From: a virus
Taxonomy: Duplodnaviria > Heunggongvirae > Uroviricota > Caudoviricetes
Direction: 5' to 3' (one strand)
DNA: 64,000 nucleotides
Virus record (IMG/VR): IMGVR_UViG_3300013800_000004
Coordinates: 1-64,000 of that record
Within the stretch, counting starts at the first letter, position 1. Each line of letters begins with the position of its first letter. Below, piece after piece: positions 44,495-55,191 of the stretch. The notes beneath the pieces are model-generated. The model did no database searches. It saw only the letters and a list, made by a program, of their open reading frames with translations, and was not told where the DNA came from. The position numbers and the translations under genes were made by a program.

Positions 44495-47400
44495 ATGTCC
44501 ATCCAGAACAGGCCGTATGCGGGTACGTGGCAGGCGAATCGGCGTGTTTGCGTGCAGTGGACGCCCGACTTCCAAGTCTATGTGAATGGGGATACAGGAT
44601 TGCCTGGGTGTCCTACTTGCCACCATAACATCGACCTCCAGGAGTTCATCAACAGCATCTCTGTGGATTTCGGGGTGGAGCCTGGAGCGTCCAACTGCTC
44701 CATCGGGATGTCCATCCCGAGGCACTACGGGGATTCCATCTTCAGGGATGGCAACACCCTCCTTCGTCCGGGGTTGGAGGTCCACGTTTACTTCCGTGGG
44801 TACTTCCCCATGAAGGGGATGTCCACACCCAACTCCAGGCCTGTCGCTGGGATTGATCTCGGGGACATCCCGCAGTACCCCTACTACCCCGTATTCCACG
44901 GCGTGGTCACGTCGGTTACCCACGAGTATTCCTCGGGGTTCTTCACCGCCAACATGACCTGTAACGGGATGCTGCACTTCTGGGAGCACATGAAGCTCTC
45001 AGGGGCGGGCGGTGGTTCACACTTTGGCGCTCGCCCTGCCAACAGTGGTATTCAGACCACCCTCACGGGCCACCCGATGACGGGCAAGACCCCGTACGGG
45101 ATCATCTACTCCTTGTACAGGGACACGGCGGGCGCAGCGGATGGTGTGGGTTTCGCCTTGCAGTCCCGCACGAACCTCAATGCAGTCAACAGCACGACCC
45201 GCGACCCGCTGTACGCTCTGACGCTCCGGTACTGGGAGCAACGGTTCCGTGGGAAGATCTACGGCCTGCGTATGCACGGCGCATCCGGCCAGATGTTCAC
45301 CTCGTCGCAGCAAGCGTACCTCTCCCTGTATGGGCGGAGTTCCACATCGTTCGCAGGGTTCCGCGGCACCGGGAGCGTGAGCCCAAGCGGGGGCTTCCCA
45401 AATGACGACATCTACGCTCAAGACCCAGTGTTTCTCCTGGGCCTCAATGCCAGGACGGCAGACGGTCGGATCTCTCGTCAGGCTGACACTGCACTCTTGG
45501 CCGCCGAGAACGAGGGGAGAAACTCTCACAGCCTTGACGTGTCCGCGCTCCAGGCGTTCCCCACGGACATCGGCTCGTATGGACAGGTGAACCTCTGGGA
45601 GAGCACCTACGAGTCCAAGATGGACATTGCCACGGCGGTGACCAACGTCTGCGGCTACGAGTTCTACCAGGACGCTGACGGGGACTTGGTGTTCAAGCCC
45701 CCGATGTACAACCTGGACACGAGCTCCTCGCGGGTCTATCGCATTGAGCCCGAGGACATCGTCTCGATCAACTTCTCTGAGAATGAGCCCGCAGCCACCT
45801 ACTGTCTCGTGAAGGGCGGGGCGTTTCAGAACATGCGCGGGGTGGTGGACGAGTCCGAGTGGGGGTGCCGGTCCCAGTACATTGACTACAAGTTGGTGGC
45901 TCAGTTTGGTTGGATTGAGACATCGGTCGAGAGCACCTACTACACCAACGCCCGCTCTGCGTTCTACTTTGCGATCAACCACCTGGACCGCATCAATGCG
46001 GGGACAAACGGGGCGACGGTCACGATCCCAATGCGCCCCGAGATCCGTCCTGGATACCCGGTGTACATCCCCCACATCGACTGCTTTTACTACGTCACAC
46101 AGGTTGCCCATGCGTTCAACCTTGGGAGCGAGTGCACGACCACGCTCACCCTCACAGCGCGTCGGCGCAAGTTCTTGGCACCTGGGAGCAATGCGAACAC
46201 CAACGTCGCACTAGACCAGGACTTGTCGGCTATCAACCTTGCGAACACCGATGGGCCTGTTCGCCCCCTTCAGGAGATCGACAACAGCGGGTCACCAAGG
46301 TTGGTGGGATTCCCCAACGTGGTGATGGCCATCGACCCCACGCGCATCAACCCGATGTTCCAATCTCTCGGGTTCCAGGCCGTCGAGAACGAGCTCACCA
46401 GGGAGTCCCGCCGCGGAGGCGATCACACCCAAAGTAGAGCTCGCCAACGGACGTTCGCGATCCAACTCGTTCAGGCTTTGGTCGACATGAGGCGGATCAC
46501 TCCGGTCAACCAGCCCACGACGGGGCCACTGCAACCCCCCTCCAATGGCGGGAACACAGTTACCCTGAACGAGTCCCAGGTGTACACCGTAGCGGGGTTC
46601 CCTGGGGCGGGGGCGAACGGTCTTGGGGTGACGCTCGCGGACATCATCCGTGCCCTCGGGGACTACATCACCACTCGGAGAACCATCAGGGATGCCCTGA
46701 CCCTGTTGAACAGGGAGGAAATCCAGGCACAGAACGAACTCAACCGCCTTCTTGGTCGCAATGCTGCGGCTCAACGGGATGTGAACGGGACAGGGACCAC
46801 CCCGGTCTCGGAGGATGACATCACCAGGGCTAGGGAAACCCTCAGGACTCGGCGGGAGAGGACCGCGGCTCTCCGTGCGAACTTTGACTCAGCCCCCCCG
46901 GATGCAACCCGTGAGCAGTTGGTGAGTCAGTACAACACCATTGCAGCCGCGGTGAATACTGTTCAGGGGGACGGTCGCCAACGAAGCCGTCTGCACATTG
47001 CCGAGACCGGGGGGAGGGATGCTGCCCAGGCCAACAACGTCATCCTCATGTCATACCTCATGGGGCAGTATCGGGTGGGCGGGAGCAACACGGGGGACAC
47101 CCGCACGGACCCCTCTGGGATGATCAACGAGTCGGCCAATCTTCTCCAGATGCTGTCTGACCGCAAGGCGTCCTTGTCCCTCACCACACCGGGGTACTAC
47201 CGATACTACTCGGCGTCCCACCCCAACCCCGACATGCAGGGGTACCTCCCCGTGAATCTCACCGAGAGTGGTGGCAGCGAGTCTACTGCTGCTTCCGCAC
47301 CCGTCAATATCGTGAGGCGTTCCAATAGGGAAATTGACCGGGCTGGAGGATTTCTTCCGATGGCCAACCAAGGGGCCGTGGATAGAGTGAACACCCGGAT

Positions 47401-49690
47401 GTCTCTCTCCCAGGCAGCAGCCTACTTGGTTCAGGCTTGGAACCGGGTTATCCGTGAACCCCCCGCATCCAGAGAGATCATCGAAATCCTCCTGGCGCAA
47501 TGGTCGCACGAGACGGGCAGTGGGAGGAGCATGATGAACAATAACTTTGGGGGGTTGAAGTATGGCGGAGGTGGGTTTGGCACAACCTACAACACGCATG
47601 AAACCAGGAATGGGGTGCGTGTGGCAACAACAGACATGTTTCAGGCATATACAACACCTGAGAGGGGCGCGGCCCACTACGTCCAATTTGTGACAGACCA
47701 CCGCCACGTTGCATCTGTCGTGCAGTATCTCCAGCGTCCTGGAGACGCAATGGCTTTTGCCCGGGAGATGAGTCGGGTGGGTTACTTCACAAGTAGCCCG
47801 GATGTCTATGGCGCGGACTTGCAGGGTCGCCTGAATGGCATCCGTAGGGCCGGGGTGCTGAACAACTTGCCGTCTATTGCAGGCCCCTCGGACCCAGCAT
47901 CCGCCCCTCGGGCACCTCGCACGTCCGAGACAGCAACCACCACCCCAGCGTCGAGCTACAACACCGTGGTGGTCCGCGCTGCGGCCATTGACAGCAACAT
48001 CCCCGAGGAACGTCGTGGGAGCTACGTCAGGATTGATCCGAACCACACCCCTGCCAAGGGGCTGAAGGTTCGGGTGATGGAGCAGCGGGCGCCCATGGTC
48101 ATTCCTACGAACCTCATCTACTCGATGACGTTTGAGGCCCGTGGGCAGGTGCGATCCACGCCAGTGTCTGTCCCCACCCACCATGCAGCCCCCACGGGTG
48201 AGATGGTGTCGTTCATCAACTCCTGTCGGAACCCCCGAGCCAACGACCCCTTCATCCGCTCCCTCTCCAGTGCGTTTGCGGACAGGGTGGGGGATGCAGG
48301 ACTCTCCGCAGGGAGGACCACACCCGAACAGGTTCGGGCACTCATCGCTCTCGCCGTCAATGGGATCGAGAACCTCCGCACCTCTGAGGGTCTCATCCAA
48401 GGGACGCCTGTTGCCGTTGCCACGTCACCGGCAACAGGCGCACCTACGCAGGGAGAAGTTGAGTCGTTCCTGGCACTCACGGGGACATCAACACCAGCGC
48501 CTCGACCGGCGTCAGGGGGGCCTGAAGTGCCATTGGTGACTCCCATCTACAACATCACCAACGGTGTGCCCAACGATTTTGACCCGTCGGGAACCCCGTC
48601 GGTCCGTGGGTCAGAGGTTGCCCGCTCAGTCCTTACTGCAAAAGCCCGCGCTCTCGTGGTGGACGTGACCCAGGCGAACTCCACCAACCTCAATCGTGCT
48701 CTTGCGATCTACAATCGGGCTCGCCCGCGCAACCAGAGGACTTTGAGTGCGGCAGACGCCGCAGAGGCTCAGGAGTACATTGCTCCTTGGATTGAGTCGC
48801 TCACGGCTCTGTTTAGGGGCCAGCCTCCAGGGCAGCGTGGAATCTTCGTCCAAAGGTCAGACGTGCGGATCGTGGAGAGCTCAGACCATGAGGAGTTCTC
48901 TCCTGTGTTCCCGGTGTCCGACGAACGAGGATTTGAGCACTACGGCTCGTTCCAGTACGGGCGAGGGTTGTCCATCGAACCCGGTGGCAACTACGAGCGC
49001 CTCATGGCCAGCGACCCGCTGCGGTATCTCACGGACGCCCAGCGGGAGCGAATCCTCCGCACCCTCAACCAAGGGGGCGATGCAGGCCGCACGGCGGGTA
49101 CGACGGCATTCAACGAGGCCGCCACCGCCTTGGCTAGCTCCCAGGAGCCCGAGGTCCAAAGCTGGATCCAGTACATGGAGAACGAACAGCCCAATGGCGA
49201 CCGGACGACCATGATTGCCAACGGCTTGCGCAACTACCTGATGTCAAACCGGGATGCTGTCACCAAGATCCCGGTGAACAACGCGGCTTACCGCCTCGCG
49301 GACCTCACTCCGATGGGTCAGCCGGACACCTGTGCTTGCAGGGGTGCTGAGTCCGATCTGCTGCTGGCCGCGTACATGGCGGGGTCTTCAGGAATGACTC
49401 AGATCGTTTCCACGGAGGAGGAGGCCCAGGATTGGGTCAGTTCCCAGATGGTCCAGGCATCCGTGGCATGGGCTGATACGCAGTCCAAGATGCGTGGCAT
49501 GGCGATGGAGCAAGGTCGGCGTTCACTCTTGGACTCGGTTCAGGGGTGGGGAACCGTAGTCAACGACTTCCGGTCGGCCAACCGCAGTCAGGGGGCACAG
49601 GGGCAAGCGGCCGGGGACCGGGCTGGGGCTCTGGGTCAGAACGTCGAGACCTTGTTCACGTCTCCGACCATCCCTCCCCGCGGCCAGTAA
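44495..49690 (+). CDS. Giant tail-associated protein (1731 aa) with a FlgJ-like glucosaminidase (peptidoglycan hydrolase) domain
   Basis: …LAQWSHETGSGRSMMNNNFGGLKYGGGGFGTTYNTHETRNG… at about nt 47490-47700 matches the glucosaminidase motif. Downstream of the tape-measure and minor tail genes. The antisense ORFs 45017..46111 and 47051..48400 are artefacts. Confidence 0.7.
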   Translation: MSIQNRPYAGTWQANRRVCVQWTPDFQVYVNGDTGLPGCPTCHHNIDLQEFINSISVDFGVEPGASNCSIGMSIPRHYGDSIFRDGNTLLRPGLEVHVYFRGYFPMKGMSTPNSRPVAGIDLGDIPQYPYYPVFHGVVTSVTHEYSSGFFTANMTCNGMLHFWEHMKLSGAGGGSHFGARPANSGIQTTLTGHPMTGKTPYGIIYSLYRDTAGAADGVGFALQSRTNLNAVNSTTRDPLYALTLRYWEQRFRGKIYGLRMHGASGQMFTSSQQAYLSLYGRSSTSFAGFRGTGSVSPSGGFPNDDIYAQDPVFLLGLNARTADGRISRQADTALLAAENEGRNSHSLDVSALQAFPTDIGSYGQVNLWESTYESKMDIATAVTNVCGYEFYQDADGDLVFKPPMYNLDTSSSRVYRIEPEDIVSINFSENEPAATYCLVKGGAFQNMRGVVDESEWGCRSQYIDYKLVAQFGWIETSVESTYYTNARSAFYFAINHLDRINAGTNGATVTIPMRPEIRPGYPVYIPHIDCFYYVTQVAHAFNLGSECTTTLTLTARRRKFLAPGSNANTNVALDQDLSAINLANTDGPVRPLQEIDNSGSPRLVGFPNVVMAIDPTRINPMFQSLGFQAVENELTRESRRGGDHTQSRARQRTFAIQLVQALVDMRRITPVNQPTTGPLQPPSNGGNTVTLNESQVYTVAGFPGAGANGLGVTLADIIRALGDYITTRRTIRDALTLLNREEIQAQNELNRLLGRNAAAQRDVNGTGTTPVSEDDITRARETLRTRRERTAALRANFDSAPPDATREQLVSQYNTIAAAVNTVQGDGRQRSRLHIAETGGRDAAQANNVILMSYLMGQYRVGGSNTGDTRTDPSGMINESANLLQMLSDRKASLSLTTPGYYRYYSASHPNPDMQGYLPVNLTESGGSESTAASAPVNIVRRSNREIDRAGGFLPMANQGAVDRVNTRMSLSQAAAYLVQAWNRVIREPPASREIIEILLAQWSHETGSGRSMMNNNFGGLKYGGGGFGTTYNTHETRNGVRVATTDMFQAYTTPERGAAHYVQFVTDHRHVASVVQYLQRPGDAMAFAREMSRVGYFTSSPDVYGADLQGRLNGIRRAGVLNNLPSIAGPSDPASAPRAPRTSETATTTPASSYNTVVVRAAAIDSNIPEERRGSYVRIDPNHTPAKGLKVRVMEQRAPMVIPTNLIYSMTFEARGQVRSTPVSVPTHHAAPTGEMVSFINSCRNPRANDPFIRSLSSAFADRVGDAGLSAGRTTPEQVRALIALAVNGIENLRTSEGLIQGTPVAVATSPATGAPTQGEVESFLALTGTSTPAPRPASGGPEVPLVTPIYNITNGVPNDFDPSGTPSVRGSEVARSVLTAKARALVVDVTQANSTNLNRALAIYNRARPRNQRTLSAADAAEAQEYIAPWIESLTALFRGQPPGQRGIFVQRSDVRIVESSDHEEFSPVFPVSDERGFEHYGSFQYGRGLSIEPGGNYERLMASDPLRYLTDAQRERILRTLNQGGDAGRTAGTTAFNEAATALASSQEPEVQSWIQYMENEQPNGDRTTMIANGLRNYLMSNRDAVTKIPVNNAAYRLADLTPMGQPDTCACRGAESDLLLAAYMAGSSGMTQIVSTEEEAQDWVSSQMVQASVAWADTQSKMRGMAMEQGRRSLLDSVQGWGTVVNDFRSANRSQGAQGQAAGDRAGALGQNVETLFTSPTIPPRGQ

Positions 49691-49691
49691 C

Positions 49692-50282
49692 TCAACCCCC
49701 CATGGGACGAGGAAGTACCCATGGGGCGCAGTCCTCGTGGGCGAATCCCACGTTTCCTCCACACCACACCCCTGGTTTACGTGACCCCCCGAACGGGTAG
49801 ATGGGGGTCTCACAGAACGGACACCGCGTGAGTGATATGGACACCTGGACCTCTTCGGGGGACAGTCGCGTGTCCTTGGTGAGGCACAGGTACTTGGCGT
49901 AGGTGGCGGTAATGTACGGGGGGTCGAACAGTGGACTGTTGGGGAAGGGCACCATGCTGTTCGACGTGAGCGGCAACCCTATCCGGGGGTCCACCTCGAA
50001 CAACTGGTATGACAGTTTCCGAGCCATGGTGTGGTAAGTCTGCCAGATCACGGTGTCGGGGTCCTGGTTTGACTCCGTGAGGACCTTCACGGCCATGCGC
50101 TCCTTGATTTTGACCGTGCCCCCGTCCGCTTTGATGACGGAGAGCCCGAACAAGTAGTCCGTGCTGAGGGGCACGGGCAGTGCCACCACATCCACCCTCA
50201 GGGGCAGGATGTCCGCTGGTTCCAGGTCACCCAGCACGACCCCCCGGATGAGGTCTGGGTCGGGGTCACGCGGTAAGGGCAT
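49692..50282 (-). CDS. Hypothetical Cys-rich protein (about 196 aa; start uncertain)
   Basis: MPLPRDPDPD… internal Met of ORF 49692..50414. CPFCETPIYPF…C…HEDC. It overlaps the HNH gene end by about 17 nt. Confidence 0.4.
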   Translation of the reverse strand: MPLPRDPDPDLIRGVVLGDLEPADILPLRVDVVALPVPLSTDYLFGLSVIKADGGTVKIKERMAVKVLTESNQDPDTVIWQTYHTMARKLSYQLFEVDPRIGLPLTSNSMVPFPNSPLFDPPYITATYAKYLCLTKDTRLSPEEVQVSISLTRCPFCETPIYPFGGSRKPGVWCGGNVGFAHEDCAPWVLPRPMGG

Positions 50283-50724
50283 GGGCGATCCAGGTGATGT
50301 CGAGGCCCCAACCGCTCTTGGAGCGTTCTCGCCATGTGTGGAAGGCGCTCTGGAGGTGAGCCTCGACCTGAGCGGGCGTCCAACCGTTGACCTTGCCAAG
50401 GTGCTTCCGGGCACGGGCCTCGTTGCCCATGCGGACCGCCAGACCGAAGTGCTTCACCTCGTGGCAAGGGGGGCAGAGCGCGATAAGGCCCGTGAGGGTC
50501 TGGACGTGGCGGGTGTCGTCGAATGACCAAATCTCGTGTGCCTCGACGGGATGCTTGTGTCCTACACCCCCGCAGATCTCGCACTTGTGTCCCGCCGCCG
50601 CGTAGGTAGCCCTGCGGACCTTGTCCCAGTCCTTCGGGCGAAGCTCGGAACGCAGGTTGAAGCCCCACTGTGGTTGGGGCACAAGCTCCACGGTGAGCTT
50701 GGGGGGTGGCGGCGTAGAGTCCAT
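50266..50724 (-). CDS. HNH endonuclease-like protein (152 aa)
   Basis: CEICGGVGHKHPVEAHEIW…CPPCHEVKH (CxxC…H…H…CxxCH). ATG preceded by GAGCGTAAGGTGCTTAC. Confidence 0.55.
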   Translation of the reverse strand: MDSTPPPPKLTVELVPQPQWGFNLRSELRPKDWDKVRRATYAAAGHKCEICGGVGHKHPVEAHEIWSFDDTRHVQTLTGLIALCPPCHEVKHFGLAVRMGNEARARKHLGKVNGWTPAQVEAHLQSAFHTWRERSKSGWGLDITWIAHALTA

Positions 50725-50741
50725 GTAAGCACCTTACGCTC
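50725..50741 (-). promoter_or_regulatory. Class-1 variant GAGCGTAAGGTGCTTAC abutting the ATG of the HNH gene
   Basis: GCGTAA plus 9 nt plus ATG. Confidence 0.3.
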
Positions 50742-50785
50742 CAGCGCCTAACTGTCCTATCCCCCTGGGAGATAGCGGAGAGCTC

Positions 50786-53700
50786 ATGCCCACGGACCTC
50801 AACATTCTCAAGAAGGCTTTTCAGAACGCCGCCTCGACGTCCGAGGCCACCAAGGCATGGGATGAGCCCTTCACGCGCCGGGAGTCCACCCACGCTGAAC
50901 AAGTGCTCCCCGCCCCCACCCTCCCGTCTGACGTAGGTGGCTGGGTTGCGTCCAGTGGCACTCCCTACGTGACGGTCGAGAGCGTTGGAGGTAGCACCTA
51001 CCTCACCCAACAGGGGGGCGCAGCACCGACTCGGACGTACTACGAGACCCGTCCGGGTCGGTCGGGGTTCAACGATGTGGACTTCGTGCCCTACAACTGG
51101 GGCACAAATCGTTTCGGGAACAAGGGCGGGGCTCTCCTTGGCCACCCCATTTCATGGGAGGTGGTCGGTCCCACGGGGAAGTCTCCGTACACTCACTGGC
51201 AGTGGTCGGTGAACACCGCCACGAACACCCTCACTCTCGAAGCCGGGGTGTTGAGCCAACTCTTCACGACTGTGCCCCCCCACGTTGCCCCGGCAACTAT
51301 CCCTACTGTGGCAGATGCGTATGGGCTGTCTGCCCTGCCCAACGGTGGGCTCTACGTGCTGGTGGAGATTTCCGGGAGCGAGGCCAGCAACCTGTTGCTG
51401 GCCCCTGCCAACGCTCTCACCCCCACGGACCCTCGCACGTCACAGTTCGAGCTATTTCGAGTGGCGGCACTTCCGGTGGGCCAGGATCTTGTGCTGGAGA
51501 GTTCCAAGCCCCTGACGGACTACTTCACCGCAGTGGGGGTCAACGACAAGATCAAGTCGATCACCCTGATTCAACCCAAGGTGACCCGTCTCGCGTCCAT
51601 TCCGCTGTCTCTCAATGGGACTACACAACAGAACCAAGTGTTCGTGTTCCTCCCCCCGGAGCGTGCGGCAAACTCGGAGTACATGCCCCCGTACAACGGC
51701 TCGGGGTTGTGCCCCGACTGGACGGTGAACGGCAACTTCGACATCACTGGGACCATCCCTACAGGCAGCCCCACCGACTACGGGACGCCCAACCTGTTGC
51801 CGGTGCCACAGCCATTGGCCACGAACCTCGCGGGCACGCTCTCTGTGGCCCCGACCTTCGCCAACCAATGGGAGGTCTTGGTCACCTACAGCGGGACGTT
51901 CACGGCGGGTCAGATCGTCCGCGTCCACACGGTCACACAGGACTCCATCACAGCTGACCAAGTGGGGCAGTGTCTCGGGTGGTTCGAGATCCAGAACGTC
52001 GCAGGGGCCGCGCCATCCACCCTCACCCTCGCACGGGTGCCTGAGGTCAACTCCCTCACAGGGGAGGTCTTCTACGGATACGGGCCAGTGGGTGTGGTGG
52101 CGGACAAGATCCGCGTAGACCTGTACGACAACGTGGGGACGATCTTTACGGACCCCGTACTGAACACCTCCAAGGTGGTTGCGGCACGGTTGGACCACCT
52201 CATCGACCCCAAGGTGATTGACACATCGTTTCGGTCGGGGGCGACGTCCAATCCACCAGGGCCCGCGGTGTTCAACACGGTCTCGGGGAGCAATCCAGGG
52301 AACCTCACAGACCTTGGTTTCCGGGTGGTGCTCTTCCCGGCCAAGGATCTCGGGGGCGCCACCATCGGGCCGGACTTTGACAACCCCATCACGGGCAACA
52401 CCGTGGTGCTGAATCCAGCCCTCCCCCCGTCGGGTCAGTTCATCGAGGTGGACTACTCGGCAGGAGTGCTCTACCTGTCTCACCCCCCCGTTCCGGGTGT
52501 GGGGTGTGCGGTTGCTCCCAATGGGATCATCGCAGACCCCACGGCCAATCCAAGGAACGAGGTGGTTCTGTACGCCGCGTGTGTGCCCTACTCTCGGGAA
52601 CCCTCTCAACGGGGCACTGGCGCACAGGTCAGGACCACTCGGGTGGGGGGCGAGTTTGGTACCCACGACGCCGTGGACGTGTACGGCGAGAGGCTGGTCT
52701 GCACCCCAGACCCCAGCACGTACGGACCGCTGAGGACATCGCTTCTTCTCACCCCCCTCAGCGTCCGCCCTCCGCCGTCGGGATGGTTCCAGCTTGGTGA
52801 AGTCACGACGGGCACCAAGCCCCAGTTTGTGAGCCTGAGTGGCCCGAACTACTACGGCTGGTTCGACCGCGCGATTGACTCCTTGTATGGCATCGGGGAG
52901 CTCGCCCCGTACGTGATCACCGAGCAAACCCGTGTGGTGTTTCCCAAGGGCCCGACCCCCAGGAGTGCATCTGACTCGGATGGAGCGCGTGGGGGCTCCA
53001 AGAGAACTCCATTCCTGAACTTCCGAGGCACCCGCACCACGGTGGCACCGGACGGTTCAGTGGTCATCTCCCCCGTCGCCACCCTTGACGACGCCTATCG
53101 GGCGAATGACCCCACGACCCCCGGAATCGGACGGATCATCACGGTGGACGGTGGGGCCATTGAGGCACAGCCCGACGCCACCGCGGGCGGTGACGTCTTC
53201 AACGCAAGTTTTCGGGTCAACACGAAGGGCACGACTCCTGGAAACCAAGTAGGATTTGACTTCCTCGGGGATGACCCCGCGGCGGGCAGTGACTCCTATG
53301 CGGGGTTCATCGACCGTAGGGCGTTCACCCCCGCCACAGCCGCCACCACCCTCACATCGAACTTCTCCTGTGACGTGGCTGCGGGTGTGGTGAGCCTCAA
53401 CCCCCTGGGTGCGGATTGGTTCTGGGAACCCACAGGCTACAAGAAGACTCTGCTCTCGTTCCTCCTGGACCTGATTGAGATCGAGGGTGTGACCTACGTG
53501 GTCGCCGGGTTCTCCGGGGCAACAGGGCACGACATCACCATCCTCAACCTGGACGGGACCGTCCCCACGGTCGCCTACGGGTCGGGTTTGTACACCGGGG
53601 CAACAGCCACGGTGTACAGGGTCAAGTTCTTCACCAGCCGCGGTGACACTGGCACACCAGCCCTGAACTTCAACTCCTGGTTCTCAGGTCAAGCGAGGAG

Positions 53701-55183
53701 TGAGACCCCCCTTGAACAACCCTTCGGGGCTCTGAACCTGTACGCAGGGAGCGCAACCGCGATCTCTCCAGGGGACGGTGGCGGGAGTATCTCGTCGCTG
53801 TCATTCTGGGCACGGTACAACCTCCTTGGGTCGGAGCTCACCGTCTCGACTGCCTACCTCGACACGTTCGGGAGGTTGGTCTCTTCCCTCAACCCTGTGT
53901 ACATGACAGGCGGGGCCCTCACCGACTACGTGCACCGGGGGGACTTCGTTTCCAGGGCTTTCAAGGACTCACTGGCCCCGACACTTCCAACCTTCGGGCA
54001 CATCGTCGAGGACTACACCTACAACGGCTACCGCTACGACTTCCTGTCGCTCATGGCCCTTGTCCCCGGGGGTGCAACCTACGTGGGGACGGCGACGGCC
54101 AACATCGCCACCCAGGGTGAAGTCACGGTGGCACTGGCGTACAGCCTCATCCCGTACGGCGCATCCATCGTCGATGTGGTCTCCGTCAACGGAGACCTGA
54201 CCAAGAACGGGCTGTTCCTGGTGTACTCCACGGATGGTGCGGCCCACATCTACCTCCGTGGGTTGAACGACACCCTCCCTGTCGGGCTCGCCCCGGGGGA
54301 CAGCATCACGTTCCGGCTCTACGCCTACGAGTCTCCAGGTCGGCATTCCACGGGCAAGTACCTGAACTCTGGCGCGTCCCCTGCCACGCAGACCAGCACG
54401 CACACACTCGGCGTTGGGTTGGACGTGGATTCCGTGGGCCTTGTGTTTGCGGGCCCGGATCGTGTGGCTGGGGGGGCAGACCGCCACGCCTACCGTGTGA
54501 CCACAGCGGTCTCGGGAGGTGCCGTGACGCCCTCCAACCAGGAGGTCGCATCCCTGGATGTGGGGGGGTACCACAAGTCCAAGGACTACCTCTACAACTC
54601 CTCAACTTCAATCACAAAGGCCATCAACCCGCTGACGTTCCATGGGTGGAACGCCAGTGGTGTTGCGGTGTGGGCCTTTGCCTCTGCACCCTTGTCTCAA
54701 TGGCAAGCGACGGGGCACCTCCACACCCTGTATGTCCCGTTGGTGTTGCCGCGTTCGAGTGCCCGTCTCAACTCGGGGGGCACTCGAACTCATCGGACGA
54801 GGCTTTCAACGGTCGTCATCATGGGGGAGTTCTTCAACAGCGGCGGCGCCCCTGGGGACCTCGCATACGTTGTCATCCACAAGGTGCAAAACACCCCAGG
54901 GACGCCGCCCACTAGGTCGGACACCCTGCTGTTCTTGGCGCAGCCCCCGGGCCCGTTCGTCTGGGCCACTACCAGCGTCCTCCCCGTGGTGGCAGGCGGA
55001 GACACCTACTACATCAACGTGGCATCTGACGTTGCGGGGGCTGCGGTGTACATCGACGACACCGAAGACTACTCCTACTACGTTGAGATCGTATCCAACA
55101 ACGGCGGCGGAGGTGTTGCTTTCCACGACATCGTGTACGGTGTTCAAATGGTATACGACGACCCCGGCCCCCGCAACTTCTGA
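50786..55183 (+). CDS. Giant structural protein (1465 aa), probably tail fiber or baseplate
   Basis: GGAGAG SD. β-rich T/G/S/V/A composition. The antisense ORF 51452..52927 is an artefact. Confidence 0.65.
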   Translation: MPTDLNILKKAFQNAASTSEATKAWDEPFTRRESTHAEQVLPAPTLPSDVGGWVASSGTPYVTVESVGGSTYLTQQGGAAPTRTYYETRPGRSGFNDVDFVPYNWGTNRFGNKGGALLGHPISWEVVGPTGKSPYTHWQWSVNTATNTLTLEAGVLSQLFTTVPPHVAPATIPTVADAYGLSALPNGGLYVLVEISGSEASNLLLAPANALTPTDPRTSQFELFRVAALPVGQDLVLESSKPLTDYFTAVGVNDKIKSITLIQPKVTRLASIPLSLNGTTQQNQVFVFLPPERAANSEYMPPYNGSGLCPDWTVNGNFDITGTIPTGSPTDYGTPNLLPVPQPLATNLAGTLSVAPTFANQWEVLVTYSGTFTAGQIVRVHTVTQDSITADQVGQCLGWFEIQNVAGAAPSTLTLARVPEVNSLTGEVFYGYGPVGVVADKIRVDLYDNVGTIFTDPVLNTSKVVAARLDHLIDPKVIDTSFRSGATSNPPGPAVFNTVSGSNPGNLTDLGFRVVLFPAKDLGGATIGPDFDNPITGNTVVLNPALPPSGQFIEVDYSAGVLYLSHPPVPGVGCAVAPNGIIADPTANPRNEVVLYAACVPYSREPSQRGTGAQVRTTRVGGEFGTHDAVDVYGERLVCTPDPSTYGPLRTSLLLTPLSVRPPPSGWFQLGEVTTGTKPQFVSLSGPNYYGWFDRAIDSLYGIGELAPYVITEQTRVVFPKGPTPRSASDSDGARGGSKRTPFLNFRGTRTTVAPDGSVVISPVATLDDAYRANDPTTPGIGRIITVDGGAIEAQPDATAGGDVFNASFRVNTKGTTPGNQVGFDFLGDDPAAGSDSYAGFIDRRAFTPATAATTLTSNFSCDVAAGVVSLNPLGADWFWEPTGYKKTLLSFLLDLIEIEGVTYVVAGFSGATGHDITILNLDGTVPTVAYGSGLYTGATATVYRVKFFTSRGDTGTPALNFNSWFSGQARSETPLEQPFGALNLYAGSATAISPGDGGGSISSLSFWARYNLLGSELTVSTAYLDTFGRLVSSLNPVYMTGGALTDYVHRGDFVSRAFKDSLAPTLPTFGHIVEDYTYNGYRYDFLSLMALVPGGATYVGTATANIATQGEVTVALAYSLIPYGASIVDVVSVNGDLTKNGLFLVYSTDGAAHIYLRGLNDTLPVGLAPGDSITFRLYAYESPGRHSTGKYLNSGASPATQTSTHTLGVGLDVDSVGLVFAGPDRVAGGADRHAYRVTTAVSGGAVTPSNQEVASLDVGGYHKSKDYLYNSSTSITKAINPLTFHGWNASGVAVWAFASAPLSQWQATGHLHTLYVPLVLPRSSARLNSGGTRTHRTRLSTVVIMGEFFNSGGAPGDLAYVVIHKVQNTPGTPPTRSDTLLFLAQPPGPFVWATTSVLPVVAGGDTYYINVASDVAGAAVYIDDTEDYSYYVEIVSNNGGGGVAFHDIVYGVQMVYDDPGPRNF

Positions 55184-55191
55184 GGCATCCC

